DNA of 64,000 nt, taken from contig OZ024759.1 in assembly GCA_964016885.1 (NCBI GenBank), forward strand, positions 14,570,001 through 14,634,000, read 5' to 3'. The notes under the pieces are model-generated. The model did not search any database and was not told where the DNA came from. It saw only the letters and a program-made list of their open reading frames with translations. Source of the stretch: Eledone cirrhosa (taxonomy: Eukaryota). Made by a program: the position numbers and the translations under genes. Of the stretch, positions 1 to 14,300 are shown piece after piece; positions within the stretch are counted from its first letter, which is position 1, and each line of letters begins with the position of its first letter.

Positions 1-44
1 TGAAAAGTGCTTGATACCATGGTAGAGCATATTAATTTATTTAG

Positions 45-228
45 GTTGATTGCGGTGGAGAACAGACAGCGATACACATTGCGTCAGCCATTACACCAAA
101 CGGGGCTCCTTCATTAGGTGGAACGCACTCCTCCCAATTTACGCAGAGGAGTTCGGGAAATGTGAATACCAGTCTGATCAACAGCGACCAAGACGAAAAG
201 GAAGCGGTCAGAAAAGTCCCAGTATCTG
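45..228 (+). other. Possible coding exon of an unidentified host gene (VDCGGEQTAIHIASAITPNGAPSLGGTHSSQFTQRSSGNVNTSLINSDQDEKEAVRKVPVS)
   Basis: Unique, relatively GC-balanced sequence; acceptor tttatttag ends at 44; frame open 45-230; donor-like G|gttagc at 228/229 just before an in-frame TAG; another donor caa|gtaagc at 435/436. No domain recognised. Confidence 0.25.
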
Positions 229-629
229 GTTAGCTTCCTTTACGCTGTCGTATAGGCAGGAGTGTCTGGGTTTGTGGCCGAAACGACAAGATTAGAGGTG
301 GAGAACTCGTCGCAGCACATAGCAACCAGCATTAGAGATTTACCTCCCTTGGACGACAATATGGTTATCCCGCCTGGACGCTCACCATCATCATGGTCAC
401 TGCAGGCAAAGTCCAGTTTTAATTGATATCTGCAAGTAAGCATATAGCAGAACGAAGAAAAAAAATGTAAAATAAAGAAAGAATATAAAAACGATACATA
501 TTTAGATGTTGTTGTTGTTTCTGGTGGTGGTGGTGTTCAACTACTGGTCACACCAAACGAGTAGAGCAACTTACCAGTTATTATACTTACACTTGCTGAT
601 ATACAATATACAAGTGGAACCCGTTTCTT

Positions 630-1270
630 CTACAACAACTACAACGGTACGCGATGGGGCCCACCCACAGCCCCGGCGGACAGAATGGAGAAGGCGTTTC
701 CCCGGAGGACGCCGAGGGAGACGTGCTGGAAGAGCCACTCCAACTCGCGGGGCTCACACCTGCAGCTGGCCAGCTCAGCGCCTATGGTGGTGTGAAAGGA
801 GGTAGCCCTGGGGCCGAGGACACCAGAAGTCTCCACTGCCAGGGGTACGACCGCAAACCTGTCGGAGAGCAACCGGTATTTGAGGAGTTTGGCCCCCTCA
901 GCCCGACGTGCAGCAGAACCTGGGTCAGTCGCAGACTGCACCAGGTTGCAGCTGCAGAAAGTGTCGGTGCACGTGGCATCCCAGACGATGGGTTTGCCAC
1001 CGCGGAACGGGAAGATGGTCATGCCATCTGGCCTTTTGCCGTCCCCTCAATCCAGCCCCACCGGCTCGAGCTAGGAAGGGAAGCCTGCAGCGTCCAAGCC
1101 ACGCTTAATGACCTCGTTGAGGACAGCATAGCGTGGAATGCGGCCGGCACTGTGGCGACAGGAAAGCGGGTGGAGGCCGAAAGAGTCCACGGTGGAACCG
1201 CAGCGACATTGGTGTGGCTGGCAGATCCGGAGGCCTAAGCTCAGGGAGGAATCTTTTAAAGTCAGCAATT
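630..1270 (-). mobile_element. 3' fragment of a CRE-like non-LTR retrotransposon (zinc knuckle plus restriction-like endonuclease), pseudogenised
   Basis: ORFs 1071-1268 and 639-1022 are one frame broken by TAG and TGA stops: CRCG...GLHPLSC...LNEVIKR...LEPVGLD*GDGKRPDGMT...VWDATCTDT...AEGAKLLKY...VPLAVETSGVLG, the CCHC plus PD-(D/E)xK endonuclease layout. Confidence 0.85.
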
Positions 1271-1330
1271 CTGAACAGATGAGAAAACATACTGAGACAA
1301 CTAAAAGAAAACTAGTATTATATGTATGTA

Positions 1331-1547
1331 TGTCGCATGGTCGGGTAGTCGGCGACTAAACCGGCAACCCCACTAAGTTTACTTGGTGAAGAGGGTGATT
1401 TTGGACACCCTGCAGGACAAAAAACAAAACCTGACAAAGGGCGGAAGAACTCATAAGAGTCAACGGCTATCCAAAAATGTATAAATATGTATATATATGT
1501 ATGCATGTATATATATATATCAGGAATTTTACCCGCCCGAGATATAT

Positions 1548-1618
<71 letters not shown>

Positions 1619-1955
1619 TATATACATGTATGCATGTATATGTATATGCGCGGGGACATAGAAATAATCGGGCTGGATACCCGATCACGTGGTTAAACCA
1701 CTGGGAGTGAAGGACCCCCTTCCGAGCTCTTGTCAGGGCATTCTTCTAGGAGAAGGCAACTCAGGAAACTGGGATAACCCCGTCATAAAACCTGCGGCTC
1801 AGTAGTTACCGATGATGTTGATCTTTTCTTCTTTTCGGGTTATAGCTATTGTCGCTATTCACGCACAGGCATTGCACGATAGAATTAATTAAAAATTATT
1901 AATAATGGTATATCGTGCAATGGCCATACTCGATAAAGAGGGGGCAGCCATCATG
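1331..1955 (+). mobile_element. Non-autonomous interspersed element with RTE-5'UTR-like body, interrupted by a (TA)n tract, ending GCAGCCATCA(TGTA)n
   Basis: Blocks gtcggcgactaaaccggcaacccc, ttggacaccctgcagga, gagtcaacggcYatccaaa, ctaggagaagg...actc, gatgatgttga recur at 24255-24865 (-), 42998-43200 and 47403-47822. Confidence 0.7.
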
Positions 1956-2027
1956 TATGTATGTATGTATGTATGTATGTATGTATGTATGTATGTATGT
2001 ATGTATGTATGTATGTATGTATGTATG
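1954..2027. repeat. (TATG)n microsatellite; a similar tract lies at 2365-2490
   Basis: Directly visible. Confidence 0.97.
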
Positions 2028-2839
2028 TTCTTCTGGTTTTATAATTTCACAAAGTTTTACCAATAGAGAGAGAGTCGGTTTCTAACATAGACACAAGACT
2101 CTCTCATTGGAATTTACACAACATCAACTAGGTAGATATGTATGTATGCATGCATGTGTAGATATGGATGTTACTGTATGTGTGGATGTGTATGTTTTGG
2201 GTTGTATGTGTGCATGTGTATATGCTTTGCATCTGTCCATGTGTATATTCAGTTATTAGATGCAAAATTTCTGGAATGTTTTACTTATTTTTACTATTCC
2301 ATTAATGGATTGTACTTGTAATTTCCTAACTGGTTGTGTTCCTTCTGTTCCTGTGAAGCCTAGCTATGTATGTATGTATGTATGTATGTATGTATGTATG
2401 TATGTATGTATGTATGTATGTATGTATGTATGTATGTATGTATGTATGTATGTATGTATGCATGTATGTATGTATTTATGTATGTATGTATATATCTATA
2501 TCTATCTATATATATATATACTATAAAGTATGTCCATAGAATCATTTGATAATATATATACACCATTTCCTCTCCCAATTAGCATAATTAACCACAGAAA
2601 AAATCAATTAGACCAGGCTATAAGATTAAAAGGCACCTATGAAGAAATAGTAGATAAATAAACGACAGCAATCTCTTCGCGACCAACCGCTATAAGAATA
2701 TTTACCCAACATTTCAATAGCACGTGGAAATCGACTAAATATATCGTCAACCATACACAATTAGGTATAAAATTAAAGTTAGTAGAAAAAATGCATATAC
2801 ACATACCAGGATCACGCTTCTACTCTTAGGGTTTCGTTC

Positions 2840-2929
<90 letters not shown>

Positions 2930-3088
2930 GCGTATTTAGTACAAGATAAAAAAAATAAATTCAGGGATGCAAAACAAAGTCTTGTTAGATTCCAGCTTGG
3001 GAATAAATAAATGAGAGCATAAATCCTTATTCACGAAATAACCAAGTTCGGGGAGAGAGAGAAGGTTGTAACAAAGGAATGTGGAGAA

Positions 3089-3220
<132 letters not shown>

Positions 3221-3339
3221 AATTACTGGAACGTGGATGACAGACGTCATCAGACTGCAGTCACTGTATTACGTAATTTCTATAACAATGGTAATGATGA
3301 TGATGATGATAATAATGATAGTGATAATAATAATGTACA

Positions 3340-4490
3340 TAGGCTGTATATCTCAAGGCGAGAAGGTGGACGGGGTCTCCGACAATTGTAAGCTGCATAC
3401 AAAACAGCGACCATTGGATTGAATAGCTACCTCCACCACATCCGAGATGAACTTCTTAAGCCTGTACTCAAGCGGGAACGAATTAAGAAACTGCACTCAA
3501 TAACATAAGAGGCAAGCAAATGTAATCAAAAACTGAACATGGAACAAGACATACCCATAGAAAACCAACAACAGAGTGCTGCACAGTTAGCTATGGCTGT
3601 GAAGAGCAAAGCAAAGAAACTTCAAACAGATGAACTAAAACGTGAATGGCAGGCAAAAACCACTACATGGTAGATTCCCAGAACTATTTTCTGACAATGA
3701 TATTGATCAGCATGGCTCACTATCCTGGCTCTGAAGTGATGGTTTGATAGCAGACACTGAGGGACTCTTAGTTACTGTACAAGACCAATCTCTATATACT
3801 CGGGCCTATAGACACAGAATAGTGAAAGATGGGACTAGCCCTCTATGCAGAATATGCTACAAATATGAAGAAACGGTAGATCCTGTTACCTCCATGTAAA
3901 AACTGACTATATAGAAAGACACAACCGCAATGCCAAATATATGCACTGGATGAACTGCTGCTCTCATGACATCCAAACTTCTAACAAATTGTATGAATAT
4001 CAACCATAAACAATCATGGAAAAAGGCAATATATCCATCTTGTGTGGATATATTGCCCTTTGTCAAATGTCTGTGATAACCGACCGAGAAATCGCTACAA
4101 ACAGACCAGATATCATCATAAAAAACAAAACAAATCGGACATGTAGTCTTATAGATATTTCTGTACCAGCTGACAAGAATACCTATATAAAAACAATGGA
4201 AAATTGTCAAAATATAAAGACCTGGAAATAGAGATCAACCGCATGTGGAGGATGACCAGAAAAACTATCCCTGTGGTAATAGGAGCATTAGGATTAATAC
4301 CCAAATCATCAGACCTGCACCTTAGCGTCCTTCCTAACAAGACCAGCAAATATAAGCAACAGAAGATTAGGCTACTAGGAACAGCACACATTGTCAGAGG
4401 AGTTCTCTCTCTCTACAATGGAAATATGTATTTGCCCTAGGTTCAACGCCTGAATCCAACAATAGAGAAGTAGAACTGAGTTAAACGAAA
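3340..4490 (+). mobile_element. 5'-truncated, frameshifted R4/Dong-like non-LTR retrotransposon (restriction-like endonuclease)
   Basis: Pieces translate as TEGLLVTVQDQSLYTRAY...CRICYKYEETVD...YIERHN...NRPDIIIKNK...LIDISVPAD...KYKDLEIEINRMW...IPVVIGALG...LLGTAHIVRGVL; followed by (CAA)n at ~4490-4563. Confidence 0.85.
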
Positions 4491-4494
4491 CAGC

Positions 4495-4528
<34 letters not shown>

Positions 4529-4563
4529 GCAGCAGCAACAACAACAACAGCAACAACAACAAC

Positions 4564-4783
4564 AATTGTTTCTACTTTAGATACAAGGCCAATAATTTGA
4601 AGGGAGGTAAAAGTCGATTAAAACGACCCCAGTGAATACTCGTGCTTTATTTTATCGACCCCGTAAGGATGAAAGGCAATGCTAACTTCGGCGGGATTTG
4701 AACTCAGAAGGTAAAGGGGTGTAACCCTATGCCGCGAAGCAGGGTGTCCGACCCTCTATCCATACTGCCAATCCACCGCCCTT
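4564..4783 (-). mobile_element. tRNA-derived SINE, near full-length copy
   Basis: Minus strand has A-box-like TGGCAGTATGG, B-box GAGTTCAAATCCC, central gcctttcatccttacggggtcgataaaata and 3' ggccttgt...tagaaacaatt; many homologous copies in the window. Confidence 0.9.
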
Positions 4784-5055
4784 ATAATAATAGAATAAAA
4801 GTTACTCCCTACAGTAAAAATTACCACCTAGTTCACCACAATCTACATGTTGAGGCAGGTTTCAATATCTCACCTGTAATCAATGTCTTATCATCAAACT
4901 CTTATCAATCGTGACGTCATCACTATCTTTATGGCTGTATGTTTGCTGTTTTAGATTTGTTGTTGTGGTTGCATGATGTGTTTGTTGCTTTTGTTAATTG
5001 ATGCACCATATATTTGCATACACACGTACGGACACACAAACAGATATTTGTGTAC

Positions 5056-5092
<37 letters not shown>

Positions 5093-5182
5093 AAAACACA
5101 CACATATATACATATATATATATATATATGTATATATGTATATATGTATATATATATATATATATATACATACATATATATG

Positions 5183-5362
5183 AAAAAGGATGACTCCGAC
5201 GGCAGAGTTTAAGCCGTTTCGACGGCTATTTCTGGCCTCCAGAAATACTTGAGCTCTGCCGTCGGCGTCATACATTTTGCTATTACCCACTCTACTACCC
5301 TAAGTATTGAGTACTCTGGTGCGTTATGGTCCATTTGGTTCCTTACCACAACTACTTCGTGA
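5183..5362 (+). mobile_element. Penelope-like pLTR-type element (GCCGTC-GAAAC family) with a short inverted 5' part
   Basis: ccgacggcagag...gagctctgccgtcgg fold-back followed by tattacccactctactaccctaagtattgagtactctggtgcgttatggtcca; homologous to copies at 25597, 29144, 29763, 30987, 34479, 40430 and 46262. Confidence 0.65.
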
Positions 5363-5371
5363 TATATATAT

Positions 5372-8300
5372 ATGAGATCTAAGATTAGCTTCCACACATC
5401 TGACTTTACTTCGTATTGTGAAGTTAGACGTGAACATTTTATATCACCATGAGATCTAAGATTAGCTTCCTTACATCAGCCATTACTTCGTACTGTTAAG
5501 TTAGACGTGAACATTTTATATCACCATGAGATCTAAGATTAGCTTCCTTACATTAGCCATTACCTCGTATTGTGAAGTTAGACCTGAACATTTTATATCT
5601 TCATGAGATCTAAGATTAGCTTCCACAGATAAAACATTATATCGTATTGTGAGGTTAGGCGAGAATATTTTGTATCATCATGATATCTAAAATTAGCTTC
5701 CACACATCAGCCATTATTTCTTATTTTGAAGTTAGACATGAACATTTTATATCAACATGAGTTCTATCACTGGCTTACACACATCAGCCATTACTACGTA
5801 TTGTGAAGTTACACGTGAACATTTTATATCATCATGAGATCTATGATTACCTTCCACTGATCAGCCATTACTTCGTATTGTGAAGTTAGACGTGTACATT
5901 TTTTATTATTATGAGATCTAAAATTAGCTTCCACACATCAGCCTTTACCTCATATAGTGAAATTAGATGTGAAAAATTTATATCATCATGAGATCTATGA
6001 CTAGCTTCCTCACATCAGCCATTACTTCGTATTGTGAAGTTAGACGTGAACATTTTGTATCATCATGAGATCTAGGATTAGCCTCCACACATCAGCCATT
6101 ACATCGTATTGTGAAGTTAGACGTGAACATTTTATATCAACATGAGATCTAAGAGTAGCTTCCACACATCAAACTTTACTTCGTATAGTGAAATAGGACG
6201 TGAAGATTTTAGATCATCATGTTATCTAAGATTACCTTCCACTGATCAGCCATTACCTCGTGAAGTGAAGTTAGACCTGAACATTTTAGATCATCATGAG
6301 ATTTAAGATTAGCTTCCACACATCAGCCATTACTTCGTATTGTGAAATTAGACGTTAAAATATTGTATCATCATGAGATCTAAGATTACCTTCCACTGAT
6401 CAGCCATTACATCGTCATGTGAAGTTAGAAGTTAACATTATATATCATCATGAGATTTAAGATTAGCTTCCACACATCAGACATTACTTCGTATTGTGAA
6501 GTTAGACGTGAACATTTTGTATTATTATGAGATCTAAAATTAGCTTCCACACATCAACCATTACATCGTATTGTGAGGTTAGACGTGAATATCTTATATC
6601 ATCTTGAGATCTAAGATTAACTTTCAAAAATAAGACATTATTTTGTATTGTGAATTTAGACGTGAACATTAGATATCATGAGTTCTAAGATTAGCTTCCT
6701 TACATCAGCCATTAGTTCGTATTGTGAAGTTAGACATGAACATTTTATATCAACATGAGATCTAACACTGGCTTACACACATCAGCCATTATTTCGTATT
6801 GTGAAGTTAGACGTGAACCTTATATATCATCATGAGATCTAAGATTAGCTTCCACACATGAGGAATTACTTCGTACTGTTAAGTTAGATGTGAACATTTT
6901 ATATCACCATGAGATCTAAGATTAGCTTCCTTACATCAGCCATTACTTCGTATTGTGATGTTAGACGTGAACATTTTATATCTTCATGAGAACTAATATT
7001 AGCTTCCACATATCTGAATTTACTTTGTATAGTGAAATTGGACGTGAAGCTTTTATATCATCATGAGATCTAACATTACCTTCCATTTATCAGCTATTAC
7101 TTCGTGATGTGAAGTTAGACCTGAACATTTATATCATCATGAGATCAAAGATTAGCATCCACACATCAGCCATTACTTCGTACTGTTAAGTTAGACGTGA
7201 ACATTTTATATCATCATGAGATCTGACATTAGCCTCTACACATCATACATTACTTCGTATTGTGAAGTTAGACGTGAACATTTTATATCATCATGAGATC
7301 TAAGATTAGCCTCTACACATCATCCATTACTTCGCATTGTGAAGTTAGACGTGAAAATTTTATATCATCATGAGATCTAAAATTAGCTTCCACACATCAG
7401 CCATTATTTCGTATAGTGAAATTAGGTGTGAAAAAATTTATATCATCATGAGATCTATGACTAGCTTCCTCACATCAGCCATTACCTCGTGATGTGAAGT
7501 TAGACCTGAACATTTGATATCATCATAAGATCTAAGATTAGCTTCCACACTTCAGACATTACTTCGTATTTTGAAGTTAGACGAACATTTTATATCATCT
7601 TGAGATCTAAGATTAGCTTCCTCACTTCAGACATTACTTCGTATGGTGAAGTTAGACGAACATTTTATATCATCATGAGATCTAGGATTAGCTTCCTTAC
7701 ATCAGCCATTACTTCGTATTGTGAAGGTATACGTGAACATTTTATATCTTCATGAGATCTAAGATTAGTTTTCACACATCAGACATTACTTCGTATAGTG
7801 AAATTAGACGTGAAGATTTTAGATCATCATGATATCTAAGATTACCTTCCACTGATCAGCCATTACCTCGTGATGTGAAGTTAGACCTGAACATTTTATA
7901 TCATCATGAGATCTAAGATTAGTTTCCACAGATCAACCATTATATCGTATTGTGAAGTTAGGCGTGAATATTTTGTATCATAATGAGGTCTAAAATTAGC
8001 TTCCACACATCAGCCATTATTTCTTATTTTGAATTTAGACCTGAACATTTTATATCAACATGAGTTCAAACACTGGCTTACACACATCAGCCATTACTCC
8101 GTATTGTGAAGTTAGACGTGAACATTTTATATCATCATGAGATCTAAGATTAGCTTCCACACATCAGCCATTACTTCGTATTGTGAAGCTAGATGTGTAC
8201 ATTTGATATCATCATGAGATCTAAAATTAGCTTCCACACATCAGCCTTTACCTCATATAGTGAAATTAGATGTGAAAAAATTTATATCATCATGAGATCT

Positions 8301-11300
8301 ATGACTAGCTTCCTCACATCAGCCATTACTTCGTATTGTGAAGTTACACGTGAACATTTTGTATCATCATGAGATCTAAGATTAGCCTCCACACATCAGC
8401 CATTACTTCGTATTGTGAAGTTAGACATGAACATTTTATATCAACATGAGATCTAAGAGTAGCTTTCACACATCAGAATTTTCTTCGTATAGTGAAATTA
8501 GACGTGAAGATTTTAGATCATCATGATATCTAAGATTACCTTCCACTGATCAGCCATTACCTCGTGATGTGAAGTTAGACCTGAACATTTTATATCATCA
8601 TGAGATCTAAGATTAGCTTCCACAGATCAAACATTATATCGTATTGTGAAGTTAGGCGTGAATATTTTATATCATCATGAGATCTAAGATTAGCTTCCTT
8701 ACATCAGCCATTATTTCGTATTGTGAAGTTAGACTTGAACATTTTATATCAACATGAGATCTAAGATTACCTTTCACACATCAGCCATTACATCGTATTG
8801 TGAAGTTAGACCTGAACATTTTGTAGCATTATGAGATCAAAACTTAGCTTCCAAACGTCAGCGATTACTCCGTATTCTGAAGTTAGACGTGAACATTTTA
8901 TATCTTCATGAGATCTAAGATTAGCTTCCACACATCTCACTTTAATTCGTATAGTGAAATTAGACGTGAAGCCTTTATATCATCATGAGATCTAAGATTA
9001 GCCTCTACACATCAACTATTACTTCGTATTGTGAAGTTAGACGTGATCATTTTATATCATCATGAGATCTAAGATTAGCTTCCACAGATCAACCATTATA
9101 TCGTATTGTGAAATTAGGCGTGAATATTTTGTATCATCAGGTGGTCTAAAATTAGCTTCCACACATCACACATTACTTCGTATTGTGAAGTTAGACGTGT
9201 ACATTTTGTATTATTATGAGATCTAAAATTAGCTTCCACACATCAGCTATTACTTCATATAGTGAAATTAGATGAGAAAAATTTATATCATCATGAGATC
9301 TATAACTAGCTTCCTCACATCAGCCATTACCTCGTGATGTGAAGTTAGACCAGAACATTTTGTATCATCATGAGATCTAGGATTAGCTTCCACACATCAG
9401 CCATTACTTCGTATTTTGAAGTTAGACGTGAACATTTTATTTCATCATGAGATCTAGGATTAGCTTCCTTACATCAGCCATTACTTCGTATTGTGAAGTT
9501 TGACGTGAACATTTTATATCTTCATGAGATCTAAGATTAGTTTTCACACATGAGACATTACATCGTATAGTGAAATTAGACGTGAAGATTTTAGATCTTC
9601 ATGATATCTAAGATTACCTTCCACTGATCAGCTATTACCTCGTGATGTGAAGTTAGACCTGAACATTTTATATCATCATGAGATTTAAGATTAGCTTCCA
9701 CAGATCAAACATTATAACGTATTGTGAAGTTAGGCGTGAATATTTTGTATCATCAGGAGGTCTAAAATTAGCTTCCACACATAAGCCATTATTTCTTATT
9801 TTGAAGTTAGACCTGAACATTTTATATCAACATGAGTTCAAACACTGGCTTACACACATCAGCCATTACTACGTATTGTGAAGTTAGACGTGAACATTTT
9901 ATATCATCATGAGATCTGACATTAGCTTCCACACATCAGCTATTAGACCGTATTGTGAAGTTAGACGTGAACATTTTATATCATCATGAGATCTAAGATT
10001 ACCTTTCACACATCAGCCATTACATCGTATTGTGAAGTTAGACCTGAACATTTTGTAGCATTATGAGATCAAAACTTAGCTTCCAAACGTCAGCCATTAC
10101 TCCGTATTCTGAAGTTAGACGTGAACATTTTATATCTTCATGAGATCTAAGATTACCTTCCACTGATCAGCCATTACATCGTGATGTGAAGTTAGAAGTT
10201 AACATTATATATCATCATGAGATTTAAGATTAGCTTCCTCACATCAGATATTACTTCGTATTGTGATGTTAGACGTGAACATTTTATATCTTCATGAGAT
10301 CTAAGATTAGCTTCCACACATCAGCCATTACATCGTATTGTGAAGTTAGACGTGAACATTAGATATCAACATGAGATCTAACACTGGCTTACACACATCA
10401 GCCATTACTTCGTATTGTGAAGTTAGACGTGAACATTTTATATCACCATAAGATCTAAGATCAGCTTCCTTACACCAGCCATTAATTCGTATTGTGATGT
10501 TAGACGTGAACATTTTATATCTTCATGAGATCTAAGATTAGCTTCCACACATCTCACTTTAATTCGTATAGTGAAATTAGACGTGAAGCCTTTATATCAT
10601 CATGATATCTAAGATTAGCCTCTACACATCAACTATTACTTCGTATTGTGAAGTTAGACGTGATCATTTTATATCATCATGAGATCTAAGATGAGCTTCC
10701 ACAGATCAACCATTATATCGTATTGTGAAATTAGGCGTGAATATTTTGTATCATCAGGTGGTCTAAAATTAGCTTCCACACATCACACATTACTTCGTAT
10801 TGTGAAGTTAGACGTGTACATTTTGTATTATTATGAGATCTAAAATTAGCTTCCACACATCAGCTATTACTTCATATAGTGAAATTAGATGACAAAAATT
10901 TATATCATCATGAGATCTATGACTAGCTTCCTCACGTCAGCCATTACCTCGTGATGTGAAGTTAGACCAGAACATTTTGTATCATCATGAGATCTAGGAT
11001 TAGCTTCCACACATCAGCCATTATTTCGTATTTTGAAGTTAGACGTGAACATTTTATTTCATCATGAGATCTAGGATTAGCTTCCTTATATCAGCCATTA
11101 CTTCTTATTGTGATGTTAGACGTGAAGATTTTAGATCTTCATGATATCTAAGATTACCTTCCACTGATCAGCTATTACCTCGTGATGTGAAGTTAGACCT
11201 GAACATTTTATATCATCATGAGATTTAAGATTAGCTTCCACAGATCAAACATTATAACGTATTGTGAAGTTAGGCGTGAATATTTTGTATCATCAGGAGG

Positions 11301-14300
11301 TCTAAAATTAGCTTCCACACAAGCCATTATTTCTTATTTTGAAGTTAGACCTGAACATTTTATATCAACATGAGTTCAAACACTGGCTTACACACATCAG
11401 CCATTACTACGTATTGTGAAGTTAGACGTGAACATTTTATATCATCATGAGATCTGACATTAGCTTCCACACATCAGCTATTAGACCGTATTGTGAAGTT
11501 AGACGTGAACATTTTATATCATCATGAGATCTAAGAATACCTTTCACACATCAGCCATTACATCGTATTGTGAAGTTAGACCTGAACATTTTGTAGCATT
11601 ATGAGATCAAAACTTAGCTTCCAAACGTCAGCCATTACTCCGTATTCTGAAGTTAGACGTGAACATTTTATATCTTCATGAGATCTAAGATTACCTTCCA
11701 CTGATCAGCCATTACATCGTGATGTGAAGTTAGAAGTTAACATTATATATCATCATGAGATTTAAGATTAGCTTCCTCACATCAGACATTACTTCGTATT
11801 GTGATGTTAGACGTGAACATTTTATATCTTCATGAGATCTAAGATTAGCTTCCACACATCAGCCATTACATCGTATTGTGAAGTTAGACGTGAACATTAG
11901 ATATCAACATGAGATCTAACACTGGCTTACACACATCAGCCATTACTTCGTATTGTGAAGTTAGACGTGAACATTTTATATCACCATAAGATCTAAGATC
12001 AGCTTCCTTACACCAGCCATTAATTCGTATTGTGATGTTAGACGTGAACATTTTATATCTTCATGAGATCTAAGGTTAGCTTCCACACATCTCACTTTAA
12101 TTCGTATATTGAAATTAGACGTGAAGCCTTTATATCATCATGATATCTAAGATTAGCCTCTACACATCAACTATTACTTCGTATTGTGAAGTTAGACGTG
12201 ATCATTTTATATCATCATGAGATCTAAGATGAGCTTCCACAGATCAACCATTATATCGTATTGTGAAGTTAGGCGTGAATATTTTGTATCATCAGGAGGT
12301 CTAAAATTAGCTTCCACACATCACACATTACTTCGTATTGTGAAGTTAGACGTGTACATTTTGTATTATTATGAGATCTAAAATTAGCTTCCACACATAA
12401 GCTATTACTTCATATAGTGAAATTAGATGAGAAAAATTTATATCATCATGAGATCTATGACTAGCTTCCTCACATCAGCCATTACCTCGTGATGTGAAGT
12501 TAGACCAGAACATTTTGTATCATCATGAGATCTAGGATTAGCTTCCACACATCAACCATTACTTCGTATTTTGAAGTTAGACGTGAATATTTTATTTCAT
12601 CATGAGATCTAGGATTAGCTTCCTCACTTCAGACATTACTTCGTATGGTGAAGTTAGACGAACATTTTATATCATCATGAGATCTAGGATTAGCTTCCTT
12701 ACATCAGCCATTACTTCGTATTGTGAAGTTAGACGTGAACATTTTATATCTTCATGAGATCTAAGATTAGTTTTCACACATGAGACATTACATCGTATAG
12801 TGAAAGTAGACGTGAAGATTTTAGATCTTCATGATATCTATGATTACCTTCCACTGATCAGCCATTACCTCGTGATGTGAAGTTAGACCTGAACATTTTA
12901 TATCAACATGAGTTCAAACACTGGCTTACACACATCAGCCATTACTACGTATTGTGAAGTTAGACGTGAACATTTTATATCATCATGAGATCTGACATTA
13001 GCTTCCACACATCAGCTATTAGACTGTATTGTGAAGTTAGACGTGAACATTTTATATCATCATGAGATCTAAGATTAGCTTCCACACATCAGCCATTACT
13101 TGGTATTGTGAAGTTAGACGTGTACATTTTGTATCATCATGAGATCTAAAATTAGCTTCCACACATCAGCCATTACTTCGTATAGTGAAATTAGATGTGA
13201 AAAAATTTATATCATCATGAGATCTATGACTAGCTTCCTCACATCAGCCATTACCTCGTGATGTGAAGTTAGACCTGAACATTTTATATCATCATGAGAT
13301 CTAAGATTAGCTTCCACACATCAAACATTACTTCGTATTGTGAAGTTAGACGTGAAGCTTTTATATCATCATGAGATCAAATATTAGCTTCCACAGATCA
13401 ACCATTATATCGTATTGTGAAGTTAGGCGTGAATATTTTGTATCATCAGGAGGTCTAAAATTAGCTTCCACACATCAGCCATTACTTCGTATTGTGAAGT
13501 TAGACGTGTACATTTTGTATTATTATGAGATCTAAAATTAGCTTCCACACATCAGCCTTTAACTCATATAGTGAAATTAGATGAGAAAAATTTATATCAC
13601 CATGAGATCTATGACTAGCTTCCTCACATCAGCCATTACATCGTGATGTGAAGGTAGACCTGAACATTTTATATCATCATGAGATCTAAGATTATCTTCC
13701 ACACATCAGCCATAACTCCGTATCTTGAAGTTACACTTGAACATTTTATATCATCTTGAGATCTAAGATTAACTTTCAAACGTAAGCCATTATTTCGTAT
13801 TGTGAAGTTAGACGTGAACATTTTATATCTTCATGAGATCTAAGATTAGCTTCAACACATCTCACTTTAATTCGTATAGTGAAATTAGACGTGAAGCTTT
13901 TATATCATCATGATATCTAAGATTAGCCTCTACACATCAACTATTACTTCGTATTGTGAAGTTAGACGTGATCATTATATATCATCATGAGATCTAAGAT
14001 TAACTTCCACAGATCAACCATTATATCGTATTGTGAAGTTAGGCGTGAATATTTTGTATCATCAGGAGGTCTAAAATTAGCTTCCACACATCAGCCATTA
14101 CTTCGTATTGTGATGTTAGACGTGTACATTTTGTATTATTATGAGATCTAAAATTAGCTTCCACACATCAGCCTTTACCTCATATAGTGAAATTAGATGA
14201 GAAAAATTTATATCATCATGAGATCTATGACTAGCTTCCTCACATCAGTCATTACCTCGTGATGTGAAGTTAGACCTGAACAATTTATATCATCAAGAGA

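Noticed and set aside
654-1238. 194-aa plus-strand ORF
   Set aside because: Antisense shadow of the GC-rich CRE-like fragment.
2560-2830. Possible GIY-YIG endonuclease remnants (also 62545-62750, minus)
   Set aside because: Only faint similarity, with stops and frameshifts; not supportable without a profile search.
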